Below, piece after piece: positions 19,908-28,817 of a DNA stretch of 64,000 nt. Where the stretch lies: positions 4,096,001 to 4,160,000 of the forward strand of contig CBDASK010000003.1 in the NCBI GenBank assembly GCA_965199495.1. The letters run 5' to 3'. The notes under the pieces were generated by a model, which made no database searches, was not told the origin of the DNA, and worked only from the letters and a program-made list of their open reading frames with translations. The DNA comes from Abditibacterium sp. (GTDB taxonomy: Bacteria; Armatimonadota; Abditibacteriia; Abditibacteriales; Abditibacteriaceae). Within the stretch, counting starts at the first letter, position 1. Every line of letters begins with the position of its first letter. The translations under genes and the position numbers were made by a program.

Positions 19908-21038
19908 TTATTTGCTTTTGTCTCCCGCTTCGGTATTAGCCAATTTCTGTTGAAGCAAACCCAGAACCGCCGCCTCTTCGGGCTTCAATCCCGACAAATC
20001 GCCGCTCAGTTCTTCCTCGACTTTTTGCTGCAAACTTTCCAACATATCGCCGTCAAAATACGCCTCGATAACCGCCGGGTGGATATACGATTTGCGGCAC
20101 ACGGCGGGCGTGTTGCCCAATTTTTCGGCGACGGTTTTGACCGCCTCGACCACGTTTTGCGCGGCAGTGCCCTGATCAGAAAAATCCTCGAATTCCTGCA
20201 ACGCCAGACTGGCAGCCACGGTGCCCGCCCACGTCCGAAAATCCTTGGCGGTGAAATGATCGCCCGCGATTTCATGCAGATATTCGTTGACATCGCCCGA
20301 AGTGATGTTATGGATTTCGCCGTCTTCGTCCACAAATTGAAACAACGATTGGCCGGGCAAATCCTGCAACTGCTCGACGATGCGGGCGAGTTTGGCGTCT
20401 TTCAAGTCTATTTCGTGGTCTTTGTGGCTTTTGCCGGTGAACTCAAAATGCACGATTACACCCTCGACTTCGACGTGCCGGTTTTCTAAAGTCGTCAAAC
20501 CGTAAGTCTCGTTTTGGCGCGCATATTCTTCGTTGCCCACGCGAATCGCGGTTTTTTCCAGCAGTTGAATAATCGCCGCCAAAACTTTCTCGCGCGACAG
20601 TTTGCGCGCGCGCATATCGGTGCCAGTGCGCTCGCGAATCGCGGGCAACGCGTGGGCAAACGCGATGAGGCGCGTGAATTTCGCTTCGTCGCGAACCTCG
20701 CTCCAGCGCGGATGATAGCGGTATTGTTTGCGGCCTTTATCGTCCAAACCGGTGGCTTGGATATGGCCGTCGGGGTCGGGGCAAATCCACACATCCGAAT
20801 AAGCGGGCGGAATCGCGAGCGCGTTAATGCGCGCGCGAACTGTTTCGTCTTTGATAGTTTTGCCCTTGACATCTTTGTAAGAAAACCCTTTGCCCGCGCG
20901 CCGCCGCGTGATGCCGGGGCTGTCGTCGTGAACGTAGTTTAAACCGGCGCGTTCGGCGCTTTTTTCAGGGTCTTTTGAGTCTTCGAGCGAAGGCAAATCG
21001 GCGATGAGTTGCGAAGCGGATGCAGCGGTTTGAGACAT
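19908..21038 (-). CDS. DNA topoisomerase IB (bacterial, poxvirus-like)
   Basis: GRKQYRYH, IRVGNEEY, FTGKS, KDFRTW, LGNTPAVCRKSY. Confidence 0.93.
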   Translation of the reverse strand: MSQTAASASQLIADLPSLEDSKDPEKSAERAGLNYVHDDSPGITRRRAGKGFSYKDVKGKTIKDETVRARINALAIPPAYSDVWICPDPDGHIQATGLDDKGRKQYRYHPRWSEVRDEAKFTRLIAFAHALPAIRERTGTDMRARKLSREKVLAAIIQLLEKTAIRVGNEEYARQNETYGLTTLENRHVEVEGVIVHFEFTGKSHKDHEIDLKDAKLARIVEQLQDLPGQSLFQFVDEDGEIHNITSGDVNEYLHEIAGDHFTAKDFRTWAGTVAASLALQEFEDFSDQGTAAQNVVEAVKTVAEKLGNTPAVCRKSYIHPAVIEAYFDGDMLESLQQKVEEELSGDLSGLKPEEAAVLGLLQQKLANTEAGDKSK

Positions 21039-21152
21039 AATTGGCGGACGCCAATTTCAGGCAAGTGAAGTGCCAGAGATAAATTCGATTTTAGTTTGGA
21101 TTATTGCGCGGGAAAAACCCAAGCAGTAATCCAAACTAACAATTTCGTCCGA

Positions 21153-23111
21153 CTAACTCATCGCTTTAGTTGCCGCCATTTCGGCGTCGCGCGCGATGCT
21201 GATTTGACGCGCCATTTCGCGCAAAGCCGCGCGGTCGCTTTCCGTCAGCGTCGCGCCGACGAGGGGCGCGATGGCGCTGGCGGCGTCCAGAGAATCGGCG
21301 CTTAACGCGAAGTTGGAAATCGCTACGTTTAGGTTGCCTTTGTTCTGGCGCGCGGCGACTTCGCAAAACGCGGCGGCGCGGCGGCGCTCTCGCGCCCAGT
21401 TGCGCGCGGGTTCGCCAAAAAACGCGACGACATTGCGCGCGCGCGGCGCGAAATCGCGCGGGATGGGCGTCGCCGTGGCTGTTGGCAGGGGCACAGCCAC
21501 GCCGTTGGCATCAACGGCGTTTTCTTCGGCGCGCGCGGGCGGCTCGGCGAAGCCGCCAAACGCGGTTGGATCGGGACTGTCGGCGATTCTCACCAACTCT
21601 CGCGCCAGATAATTCAGACCGGCGATATTGAGCGACACCGTGTCGTTGCCCTGACGATTCATCATCTGCGCGGCGCGGCGTAGCGTCCGCGAGTTCGCGT
21701 CGGATTGCTGGAGGCGCGGCAATTCCCAGATGAACTGCGGCGTCGAGTTGAGTTTGGGACTGGCGGGCACAACTGTCGCGCCGGGCGCGGGAGTGCCATT
21801 GGGCGTTTGCGAGGCGCTGAGTTGTTGCAGCGTGCGCGGTTTTTCGCCCGCGCCCAGAAAACTGAGCATCGTATAACTTTTGCCGAACTTGCTTTTGGCC
21901 TTCCACATTTGGACGAAACTTGCGACCGCGAGCGTATTGAACTGCGCGCCTTGATCTTGCAGATAAACCTCGCCGCGCTCGGAATCGTAACCCACGCACA
22001 GCATCCAACGGCCCTCGCCGCTGTTTTCGATGTAAAGCAATGGCTCGTGCGCCGAATCTATATCGTTTTGCAAGGCGCGCAACGCGTTCTCGGCTTTGTC
22101 ATAACCGGTCAGGCTGAAACGCAACCCCGCGTTGGCCACGATGTTGGCGAACTGATCGAACGAGGGCGCGACGACGCGGCCCGGATTTGTCGTATCAATG
22201 CCAACATAGAACGGCGCCAGACTCCAGCCACGGGTCACGGTCGTATCTACGCTCAGGCCGCGCGCGCCCAGCAGAATATCGAGCGCCTGCCACAAATCGC
22301 TGCCTTTGGTGGGCGCGCTCAGTCCATCGGTATCAATGAGCGGCGCGATGTCGAGCAAAACGCGGCGCACTGGACGGCGGCCCAACTGTTCGTTATAGGC
22401 CAATAATCCCAAACGCTCGCGCGCCTCGCCCGCCCACACCGATTTGGGATAGCGTCGCAACGTGGCGTCGTAGGCGCGCTGGGCTTTGTCGCGTTGCTTG
22501 AGCAACGTTTCGTAAAGCACGCCCAGATGAAACTGGGCTTCGGCGCCCGCCTCGCTGTTGTTGGGCCAGTTGGCGATGACGCTTTGCAACAGAGCCAGCG
22601 CGGTTACGCCATCGTTTTCATCGAGCGCGAGACGGCCCAGTTTGGTCGTCGCCATCGCGGCGGCATCGGAGCGGTCGGAATTGCGCTTGAGAATTTCCTG
22701 ATAAAAACGCCGCGCCGACGGGCCATCGCTCAAATCTTCGGCAGCGATTTGTCCGGCATCAAACAGGGCGGCGTTGCCCAATTTGTTGTCGGGATAATTC
22801 TGCGCTAATTTGGCGTAAGCGTCCATTGCGGCGCGCAGGTCGCCCGTATTTTTGTTGGCTCGCCCACGCGCCGAAAGCAGATCGCCCTCTTTGAGCAAAG
22901 CGCGCGGCGCGAGCGACGATTCGGGATGGCGATTGGCCACGAGCGCGTAGTGCCGCAGCGCGAGCGAAATTTGTCCGGCCTCTTCGAGCTGGCGCGCGCG
23001 GGAAAACAGGCTGGCCCCGGCGTCGGGCGCGATGAGAACGCGACCGATCAGAATCAGCGCGCACAATAACGCGACGGTGAGAAACCCGTTGAAAAGATGG
23101 CGAGGAGTCAT
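21153..23111 (-). CDS. Membrane-anchored TPR protein with possible degenerate C39/BtrH-like domain
   Basis: N-terminal TM, BamD/YfiO-like TPRs, LCVGYD..VYLQD segment. Confidence 0.7.
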   Translation of the reverse strand: MTPRHLFNGFLTVALLCALILIGRVLIAPDAGASLFSRARQLEEAGQISLALRHYALVANRHPESSLAPRALLKEGDLLSARGRANKNTGDLRAAMDAYAKLAQNYPDNKLGNAALFDAGQIAAEDLSDGPSARRFYQEILKRNSDRSDAAAMATTKLGRLALDENDGVTALALLQSVIANWPNNSEAGAEAQFHLGVLYETLLKQRDKAQRAYDATLRRYPKSVWAGEARERLGLLAYNEQLGRRPVRRVLLDIAPLIDTDGLSAPTKGSDLWQALDILLGARGLSVDTTVTRGWSLAPFYVGIDTTNPGRVVAPSFDQFANIVANAGLRFSLTGYDKAENALRALQNDIDSAHEPLLYIENSGEGRWMLCVGYDSERGEVYLQDQGAQFNTLAVASFVQMWKAKSKFGKSYTMLSFLGAGEKPRTLQQLSASQTPNGTPAPGATVVPASPKLNSTPQFIWELPRLQQSDANSRTLRRAAQMMNRQGNDTVSLNIAGLNYLARELVRIADSPDPTAFGGFAEPPARAEENAVDANGVAVPLPTATATPIPRDFAPRARNVVAFFGEPARNWARERRRAAAFCEVAARQNKGNLNVAISNFALSADSLDAASAIAPLVGATLTESDRAALREMARQISIARDAEMAATKAMS

Positions 23112-23120
23112 GAGAAACAA

Positions 23121-23235
23121 ATTTTATTTCACGCAGAGACGCAGAGAGAACAAAGAAACTAAAAAATTATGGCTCGAATGTTCTTCAAAAGTTTTAACGG
23201 CTTTGTCCTCTCTGCATCTCTGCGTGAAATAAAAT
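23121..23235. repeat. Inverted repeat with 9-mer periodic ends
   Basis: TTTTATTTCACGCAGAGACGCAGAGAG ... CTCTCTGCATCTCTGCGTGAAATAAAA. Confidence 0.8.
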
Positions 23236-25043
23236 TATTTTAAATCTTTCTCCAGCCGATCTAACTCGCCCGCCAACTCAAACGGCAGATGTTCGCCGAA
23301 GATTTTATAAAATTCGCGAATCGAAGCCGCCTCGGTTTTCCACTTCTCGACATCAACGCGCGTCAATTCATCAATCGCGTCGGGCGATAAATCGAGGCCG
23401 CTCAAGTCTAAACTGCCGGGCGCGGGCACGCGGCCAATGGGCGTATCAACGGCGGCGGCTTTGTTGTTGGTGCGCTCGAAAATCCACTTCAAAACGCGCG
23501 CATTGTCGCCAAAGCCGGGCCACAAAAACTGGCCGTCATCGCCCTTGCGAAACCAGTTGACGGCGAACATTTTGGGCAAACGCGCGGGCGTTGTCGTCGA
23601 GGGAATATCGAGCCAATGCGCGAAATAATCGCCCATGTGATAGCCGCAAAACGGCAGCATCGCCATCGGGTCTCGTCGGATTTGGCCGACCGCGCCGCTC
23701 GCCGCCGCCGTCGTTTCACTCGCGATAGTCGAGCCGATAAACGTGCCATGCGTCCAATCGCGCGCTTCGGTGACGAGCGGAACCGTGGACGGGCGCCGAC
23801 CGCCAAACAGAATCGCCGAGATTGGCACGCCGCGCGGATCGTCGTAGGCCGGATCAATTGCCGGACATTGGTTGGCGCGCGCGGTAAATCGCGCGTTGGG
23901 ATGCGCCGCCGCCGTGCCGGTGGCTGGCGTCCAGTCTTTGCCGTGCCAGTCAATTAAATGTTCGGGCGGAGTTTTGGTCATGCCTTCCCACCACACGTCG
24001 CCATCGTCGGTGCGCGCCACGTTGGTAAAAATCGCGTCGTGCGCGAGGGTGTCCATCGCGTTGGGATTGGTGTCGTAAGAGGTGCCGGGCGCGACGCCGA
24101 AAAAGCCCCATTCGGGATTAATTGCATACAAACGCCCGTCGGCCTTGACGCGTAGCCACGCGATGTCGTCGCCGACGCACTCGACTTTCCAGCCGGGCAA
24201 AGTCGGCTGCAACATCGCCAGATTCGTTTTGCCGCACGCCGACGGGAAAGCCGCCACGAAATATTTCTTTTCGCCGAGCGGATTGGTGATGCCCAAAATC
24301 AGCATATGCTCGGCGAGCCAACCTTCGTCGCGCGCCATCACGCTGGCGACGCGCAGCGCGAAACATTTCTTGGCGAGCAGGGCATTGCCGCCGTAGCCCG
24401 AACCGAAACTCCAAATCTGGCGCTGTTCGGGAAAGTGCGAAATATAACGATTGTCGGGATTGCACGGCCAAGGCACATCTTTTTGGCCCGATTTTAGCGG
24501 CGCGCCCAGCGAATGAACGCAACGCACGAAATCATCTTTTTGACCTAAGGGTCGCAAAACGTCGTGGCCGCAACGCGTCGTCAGACGCATGGACAACGCG
24601 ACATAAGGCGAATCGGTAATCTCAACGCCGATGCGCGCGATGCGCGAATCGAGCGGGCCAAGACAAAACGGGATGACATACATGGTGCGCCCTTCCATGC
24701 AGCCGTCGAACAGGCGCAGCATCGTTTGTTTCATCTCGCGCGGGTCGCGCCAGTTGTTGGTCGGTCCGGCTTCGACGGGCCGTTTGGAACAGATAAAAGT
24801 TCTATCTTCGACACGAGCCACGTCGCGCGGGTCGGAGCGCGCCAGGAACGAATTGGGCCGCAGTTCAGGGTTGAGCGGCTCGATTGTTCCGGCCTCGACC
24901 ATTTGGTCGGCGAGCATTTGATATTCGTCGGCGGAGCCGTCGCACCAATGAATAGATTTGGGGCGGCAAAGCGCGACTTTGCCAGCGACCCAATCGAAGA
25001 GTGCCTCGTTATCGGAAAGTTCGAGCGGAAAAGGAATTTTCAT
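23235..25043 (-). CDS. pckG: Phosphoenolpyruvate carboxykinase (GTP)
   Basis: [41 protein letters not shown]; start MKIPFP. Confidence 0.97.
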   Translation of the reverse strand: MKIPFPLELSDNEALFDWVAGKVALCRPKSIHWCDGSADEYQMLADQMVEAGTIEPLNPELRPNSFLARSDPRDVARVEDRTFICSKRPVEAGPTNNWRDPREMKQTMLRLFDGCMEGRTMYVIPFCLGPLDSRIARIGVEITDSPYVALSMRLTTRCGHDVLRPLGQKDDFVRCVHSLGAPLKSGQKDVPWPCNPDNRYISHFPEQRQIWSFGSGYGGNALLAKKCFALRVASVMARDEGWLAEHMLILGITNPLGEKKYFVAAFPSACGKTNLAMLQPTLPGWKVECVGDDIAWLRVKADGRLYAINPEWGFFGVAPGTSYDTNPNAMDTLAHDAIFTNVARTDDGDVWWEGMTKTPPEHLIDWHGKDWTPATGTAAAHPNARFTARANQCPAIDPAYDDPRGVPISAILFGGRRPSTVPLVTEARDWTHGTFIGSTIASETTAAASGAVGQIRRDPMAMLPFCGYHMGDYFAHWLDIPSTTTPARLPKMFAVNWFRKGDDGQFLWPGFGDNARVLKWIFERTNNKAAAVDTPIGRVPAPGSLDLSGLDLSPDAIDELTRVDVEKWKTEAASIREFYKIFGEHLPFELAGELDRLEKDLK

Positions 25044-25071
25044 AATTCGTGCGCCAGAGTTTAGGCGATGA
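24962..25071. repeat. 110-bp direct repeat, copy 1 (functional pckG 5' end)
   Basis: Matches 26069-26178 at a constant 1107-bp offset. Confidence 0.92.
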
Positions 25072-25105
25072 GGGAATTGCAAGGCCGTAAACTGTGCCCA
25101 CAATT

Positions 25106-25366
25106 ATGCCAACTACTCCCGAAATTGATGTCGAATTGCAAACTCTGATTCAGAAGCACCTGCGCGGCGACGAGTGCATCGAGTTCGTGATGCACAACAC
25201 TCGCGATGAGACGGTGACTGCAATGGTTATTTCTCGCGAGATGAAGCAACAACTGGAGAAGATGCCAGCTTATATTCGGCGTAAAGCGGGTGGAGGCCGT
25301 AATTTGAGCTTTGAAATGCGAGAGGGCAAATGGTGTTTCACTGGACAAGGCTTTTGGATAAGGTAA
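25106..25366 (+). CDS. Hypothetical protein
   Basis: 86-aa ORF with atypical codon usage, inside the cassette. Confidence 0.5.
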   Translation: MPTTPEIDVELQTLIQKHLRGDECIEFVMHNTRDETVTAMVISREMKQQLEKMPAYIRRKAGGGRNLSFEMREGKWCFTGQGFWIR

Positions 25367-25395
25367 AGTTAGTGAACTTACAGTAAAATCAAATT

Positions 25396-25629
25396 ATGCA
25401 AAAAGCCTACGAAGAAATCATCGAATTCATCGCGCGCGGCACCACGCCCGATAAAGTCGCCGCGTTTCGGCCTTCGGATGCGACCAAAGCGCGCGTCGGC
25501 GAACTTATCAGGCGCCACAAAAATGGCGGCTTAAATCCCGATGAAGCCGCCGAACTCGAGCATTTCCTACAACTCGAACATTTGATGCGGTTGGTGAAAG
25601 CGCGCGCGCACAAACACTTGGTCGCATGA
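25396..25629 (+). CDS. Small helical protein typically found upstream of HNH genes (antitoxin-like)
   Basis: AFRPS..RVGELI..L..EAAEL pattern; ATGA overlap with the HNH gene. Confidence 0.75.
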   Translation: MQKAYEEIIEFIARGTTPDKVAAFRPSDATKARVGELIRRHKNGGLNPDEAAELEHFLQLEHLMRLVKARAHKHLVA

Positions 25630-26060
25630 GCACGACCTACATTCCCGTCGCTTTGCGCCGACGGGTCATCGCTCGTGCGCAGAACCTTTGCGAGTATTGT
25701 CTGATTCATCAGGACGACACTTTCTTCGGCTGTCACGTCGATCATATTGTCAGCGAAAAACATGGCGGATTAACAGTCGCCGAGAATTTGGCTCTGGCTT
25801 GCACTTTTTGCAATCTCTACAAAGGCAGCGATTTGGGTTCGCTGGTTGGGAGCGGCGACCTCGTTCGCTTTTATCATCCGCGCACGGATGTCTGGTTGGA
25901 ACACTTCTTTTTGGCAGCAGCCACAATCGAGCCGCTAACCGAAATCGGCGAAGTCACGGTTCGCATCTTTCGATTTAATCATTCCGACCGTTTGTTGGAA
26001 CGCCAGAACTTAATTGACGCTGAACTTTATCCGCGTCTTGATATGGAACGGTTGCTCTAA
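25626..26060 (+). CDS. HNH endonuclease
   Basis: CEYC, HVDHI..KHGG, NLALACTFCN..KG. Confidence 0.93.
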   Translation: MSTTYIPVALRRRVIARAQNLCEYCLIHQDDTFFGCHVDHIVSEKHGGLTVAENLALACTFCNLYKGSDLGSLVGSGDLVRFYHPRTDVWLEHFFLAAATIEPLTEIGEVTVRIFRFNHSDRLLERQNLIDAELYPRLDMERLL

Positions 26061-26068
26061 AGTCAACA

Positions 26069-26178
26069 GGCGACAAAGCGCGACTTTGCCCGCGACCCAA
26101 TCGAAGAGCGCCTCGTTTTCGGAAAGTTCGAGCGGAAAGGGAATTTTCATAATTCGTGCGGCAGAGTTTAGGCGATGA
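26069..26178 (-). pseudogene. Displaced duplicate of the pckG 5' end (direct repeat copy 2)
   Basis: Encodes [27 protein letters not shown] from ATG 26150, then diverges. Confidence 0.9.
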
Positions 26179-26224
26179 ATGGGTTTGGACGCGAAAATTC
26201 GCCAACATCTGCTAAAATCAAAAC

Positions 26225-26584
26225 ATGAGTTTTCGTCCGATTTCTCGTCAGATGCGTCAGCCGGAAAGATCGTTTAGCTGGTGCCGCTCCTGTTTTCGCG
26301 CGTGCCTAGAGAGTTACTGTCAGTTGTCCCACCAATCGCACCGCACGCTTTACGCGCGCTTTGCCGATGAATTTGGTTTCGACCGCGACGACGTATCCGA
26401 TGCCAACGAGAGCCTGTTGCGTGCGTTGAACGCTTTAGAAGTAGAGCGTAATCAAATGCTGGAGCTGCTACGCGCTTTCGACAGGAAACGCGTCAGAGCG
26501 AAAGCGCTGGGCGTCGCACACTGTCGAACGCCGAAAAAGCCGAACTTGATACGATTCGTCGCGGCTCTCAATCCCTCATTATGA
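26225..26584 (+). CDS. Hypothetical protein
   Basis: 119-aa ORF with TAAAAT 6 nt upstream; overlaps the next start. Confidence 0.45.
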   Translation: MSFRPISRQMRQPERSFSWCRSCFRACLESYCQLSHQSHRTLYARFADEFGFDRDDVSDANESLLRALNALEVERNQMLELLRAFDRKRVRAKALGVAHCRTPKKPNLIRFVAALNPSL

Positions 26585-26871
26585 ACCCTAACAATTCAAA
26601 CCAAAACGAAACAGAAACTCAGCCCACTCTCGAAGAATTGCGCGAACTGGGAAGCGCCGAAATCAACGCCATGACTTTCACTCCGCCGGGTGGAACTGCG
26701 ATGACGTTGGATGAATACGTCGAATATCAAAAGAGTGAAGCCGCCAAAAAAGATGAAAGTCTGCGGTGCATGATTCAACTCAACGCGGATGAGGACAGAC
26801 GGCGGCGCGACATGAAGAATATGACGAATGAAGAGCGCGCGGTTTATCTTGAGCGCGAAAACGAAAAATAG
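26581..26871 (+). CDS. Hypothetical protein
   Basis: 96-aa charged ORF in an operon-like arrangement. Confidence 0.55.
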   Translation: MNPNNSNQNETETQPTLEELRELGSAEINAMTFTPPGGTAMTLDEYVEYQKSEAAKKDESLRCMIQLNADEDRRRRDMKNMTNEERAVYLERENEK

Positions 26872-26883
26872 CGACAAATATTT

Positions 26884-27141
26884 ATGCCTCAACCCGATAA
26901 TCGTGCGCGCGAGCCGTTTGCCGGAGAAAATTGCTTTGCCGGTGGCTGTATCGGAGCGTTGCTTGCGCCGCTCGCGTTTTTGTTGTGCCTCGCGCTTTTT
27001 CTGCGCGCCGATGAAGGCTCAGGAGGTTTGATTTTCCTCTTTTTCTTATCGGCGCCCATCGGCGCGATCATCGGAATCATCGTTTATCCAACAGCGCGCA
27101 AATGGGCGAAATCGTTCGCCACGAAAAGAAAATCTCGATGA
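26884..27141 (+). CDS. Small 2-TM protein (paralogue of the next gene)
   Basis: GGCIGA..APLAFLL and PIGAIIG. Confidence 0.65.
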   Translation: MPQPDNRAREPFAGENCFAGGCIGALLAPLAFLLCLALFLRADEGSGGLIFLFFLSAPIGAIIGIIVYPTARKWAKSFATKRKSR

Positions 27142-27434
27142 AAGTTGAAAACTACGACGACGATGAGCCGGAGCCGCCGACCGGTTGGCAATGGCTGGGC
27201 GGCTGTTGCATCGGCGCCGCGCTGGGCGCGGTTGGCGCGCCGCTCGCGTTTTTGTTGTTGCTTTGTGTCATCGGCTTTTTTACTCCCGACGACAATGCCG
27301 AAGGTTCCCCGCTTTGGATATTACTTTGCGTTCCGTTGGGCGCGATTATGGGCGCCATCGGTTTTCCGATGGCGCGCTTGATTTTTGTTTTGTTACGCGC
27401 CAAAATCAGGCGTCGTCGGACAAATCGTCGGTAA
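27138..27434 (+). CDS. Small 2-TM protein
   Basis: GCCIGA..APLAFLL and PLGAIMG; ATGA overlap. Confidence 0.65.
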   Translation: MKVENYDDDEPEPPTGWQWLGGCCIGAALGAVGAPLAFLLLLCVIGFFTPDDNAEGSPLWILLCVPLGAIMGAIGFPMARLIFVLLRAKIRRRRTNRR

Positions 27435-27540
27435 CATCCGTTTGAGAGCATTCTTAAACAGGGAATTCCCGCGAAATTGTTCCATCTGCGAAAAATGGAA
27501 TTCAACTTGCTTTTCGAGAGATGTTAGAGGAAATCTCTTT

Positions 27541-28206
27541 ATGAAAACCAACTCTTTCAAAATGTTACTGGGCACTGCTGCCCTTGGTCTGGCTCTAACA
27601 GCCACGGCGCCTGTTGCGCGCGCGATGGATATGCCCGCGACGATGGATTTCAAATCGGCGCTCAACAATAACCTCGACAAATTGTTCATGGTTCACGCTT
27701 ATCAGGGCAACTTGGGCGAAGTCAAACTGGGCAAACTGGCCGAAATGCGCGCCAAAGACCCATCGGTGAAAATGGTCGCCAAAACCATCGTTTTGGAACA
27801 CGGCATCGCCAACCGCGATTTGCTCGGACACTTCAAAGAGTTGGGCGTGCCCGTTCCCAAAGATGCGGGCATCGCCAACGCCGCGCTTTACGAGAAAATG
27901 ACGACTTTGCACGGTTCGGCCTTCGACAAAGCCTATATCGCCGCGATGGCAGGCGGGCACGAAGCGGCAGTTGTGTTGTATTCGCACGAAGTGGATTCCG
28001 GCAAAAACGCCACGGCCAAAGCCTATGCCGCCAACAAACTGCCCGGCATTTTGGGACACACCGCGATGATTTATCAATGCGCCAAAAAGGTCGGTGCGCC
28101 CGGTTTGAATTTGCGTCCCGCTCCGGTCAAAGAAGCCGCGCCCGCCGCAGCCAAAGAACACGAAGCGATGGTCAAGATGAAGATGGAAAAGATGGGCAAA
28201 ATGTAA
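27541..28206 (+). CDS. DUF4142 (ferritin-like) exported protein
   Basis: Signal peptide, EVKLGKLA, GSAFDKAYI...H. Confidence 0.85.
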   Translation: MKTNSFKMLLGTAALGLALTATAPVARAMDMPATMDFKSALNNNLDKLFMVHAYQGNLGEVKLGKLAEMRAKDPSVKMVAKTIVLEHGIANRDLLGHFKELGVPVPKDAGIANAALYEKMTTLHGSAFDKAYIAAMAGGHEAAVVLYSHEVDSGKNATAKAYAANKLPGILGHTAMIYQCAKKVGAPGLNLRPAPVKEAAPAAAKEHEAMVKMKMEKMGKM

Positions 28207-28222
28207 ATTGTCCGACACAAAG

Positions 28223-28256
28223 AAGCCCGCGATACTTTTGGTATCGCGGGCTTTTT
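28223..28256 (+). terminator. Intrinsic terminator
   Basis: AAGCCCGCGATAC/GTATCGCGGGCTT stem plus T-tract. Confidence 0.85.
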
Positions 28257-28262
28257 ACAATT

Positions 28263-28358
28263 GTAGAGACGCCGATTTATCGCGTCTAAAATGTGAATCA
28301 CTCCGCAGATCAGCGCGGCAACTTCTACATTTTAGACGCGATAAATCGGCATCTCTAC
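28263..28358. repeat. GTAG-type REP doublet (REPIN-like)
   Basis: GTAGAGACGCCGATTTATCGCGTCTAAAATGT and its inverted copy; same family at 59024 and 47182. Confidence 0.9.
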
Positions 28359-28368
28359 GGATTGCGAA

Positions 28369-28758
28369 TTAATCTTCGAGCGGATCCAATCGCGCATCAG
28401 GCGGCAGCAGTTCGCGCACGGCGTCTTCGTCCAATTCTTCGATGTCCACTTCGCCGGGCGCGTTCATCGAACTTTGCACGGGCGAATGCAACTGCGGTTC
28501 GGGCGTGTCCAAATCCGACATCGGCACTTCCATGTCGGGCGTTTCCTCGTCCATCTCATCATAAAGCGCGACATCTTCTTCGTCGTCCCGCGTCGGGTCA
28601 ATTAATCCGGCGTCGGCTTCGGACGAGGCCGAATCGGAGACGGTTTTGACGCCTGGTTGCAGCGTTTCCATTTCGTCGGTTGAGAGCGGCGCGCCGCCGG
28701 GCGTGGGCGTGTCGAGTTCGTTGTTGACGTAAGATTCGGTATCGCGTGGTTTTTGCAT
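28369..28758 (-). CDS. Acidic, probably disordered hypothetical protein
   Basis: 129 aa, D/E/P rich, host-like codons. Confidence 0.65.
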   Translation of the reverse strand: MQKPRDTESYVNNELDTPTPGGAPLSTDEMETLQPGVKTVSDSASSEADAGLIDPTRDDEEDVALYDEMDEETPDMEVPMSDLDTPEPQLHSPVQSSMNAPGEVDIEELDEDAVRELLPPDARLDPLED

Positions 28759-28817
28759 ATTGTTAGTGATTTAAACTCCGGCGCGCTTTGCAGCCAATGA
28801 AGTGCCACACTCGCGCG

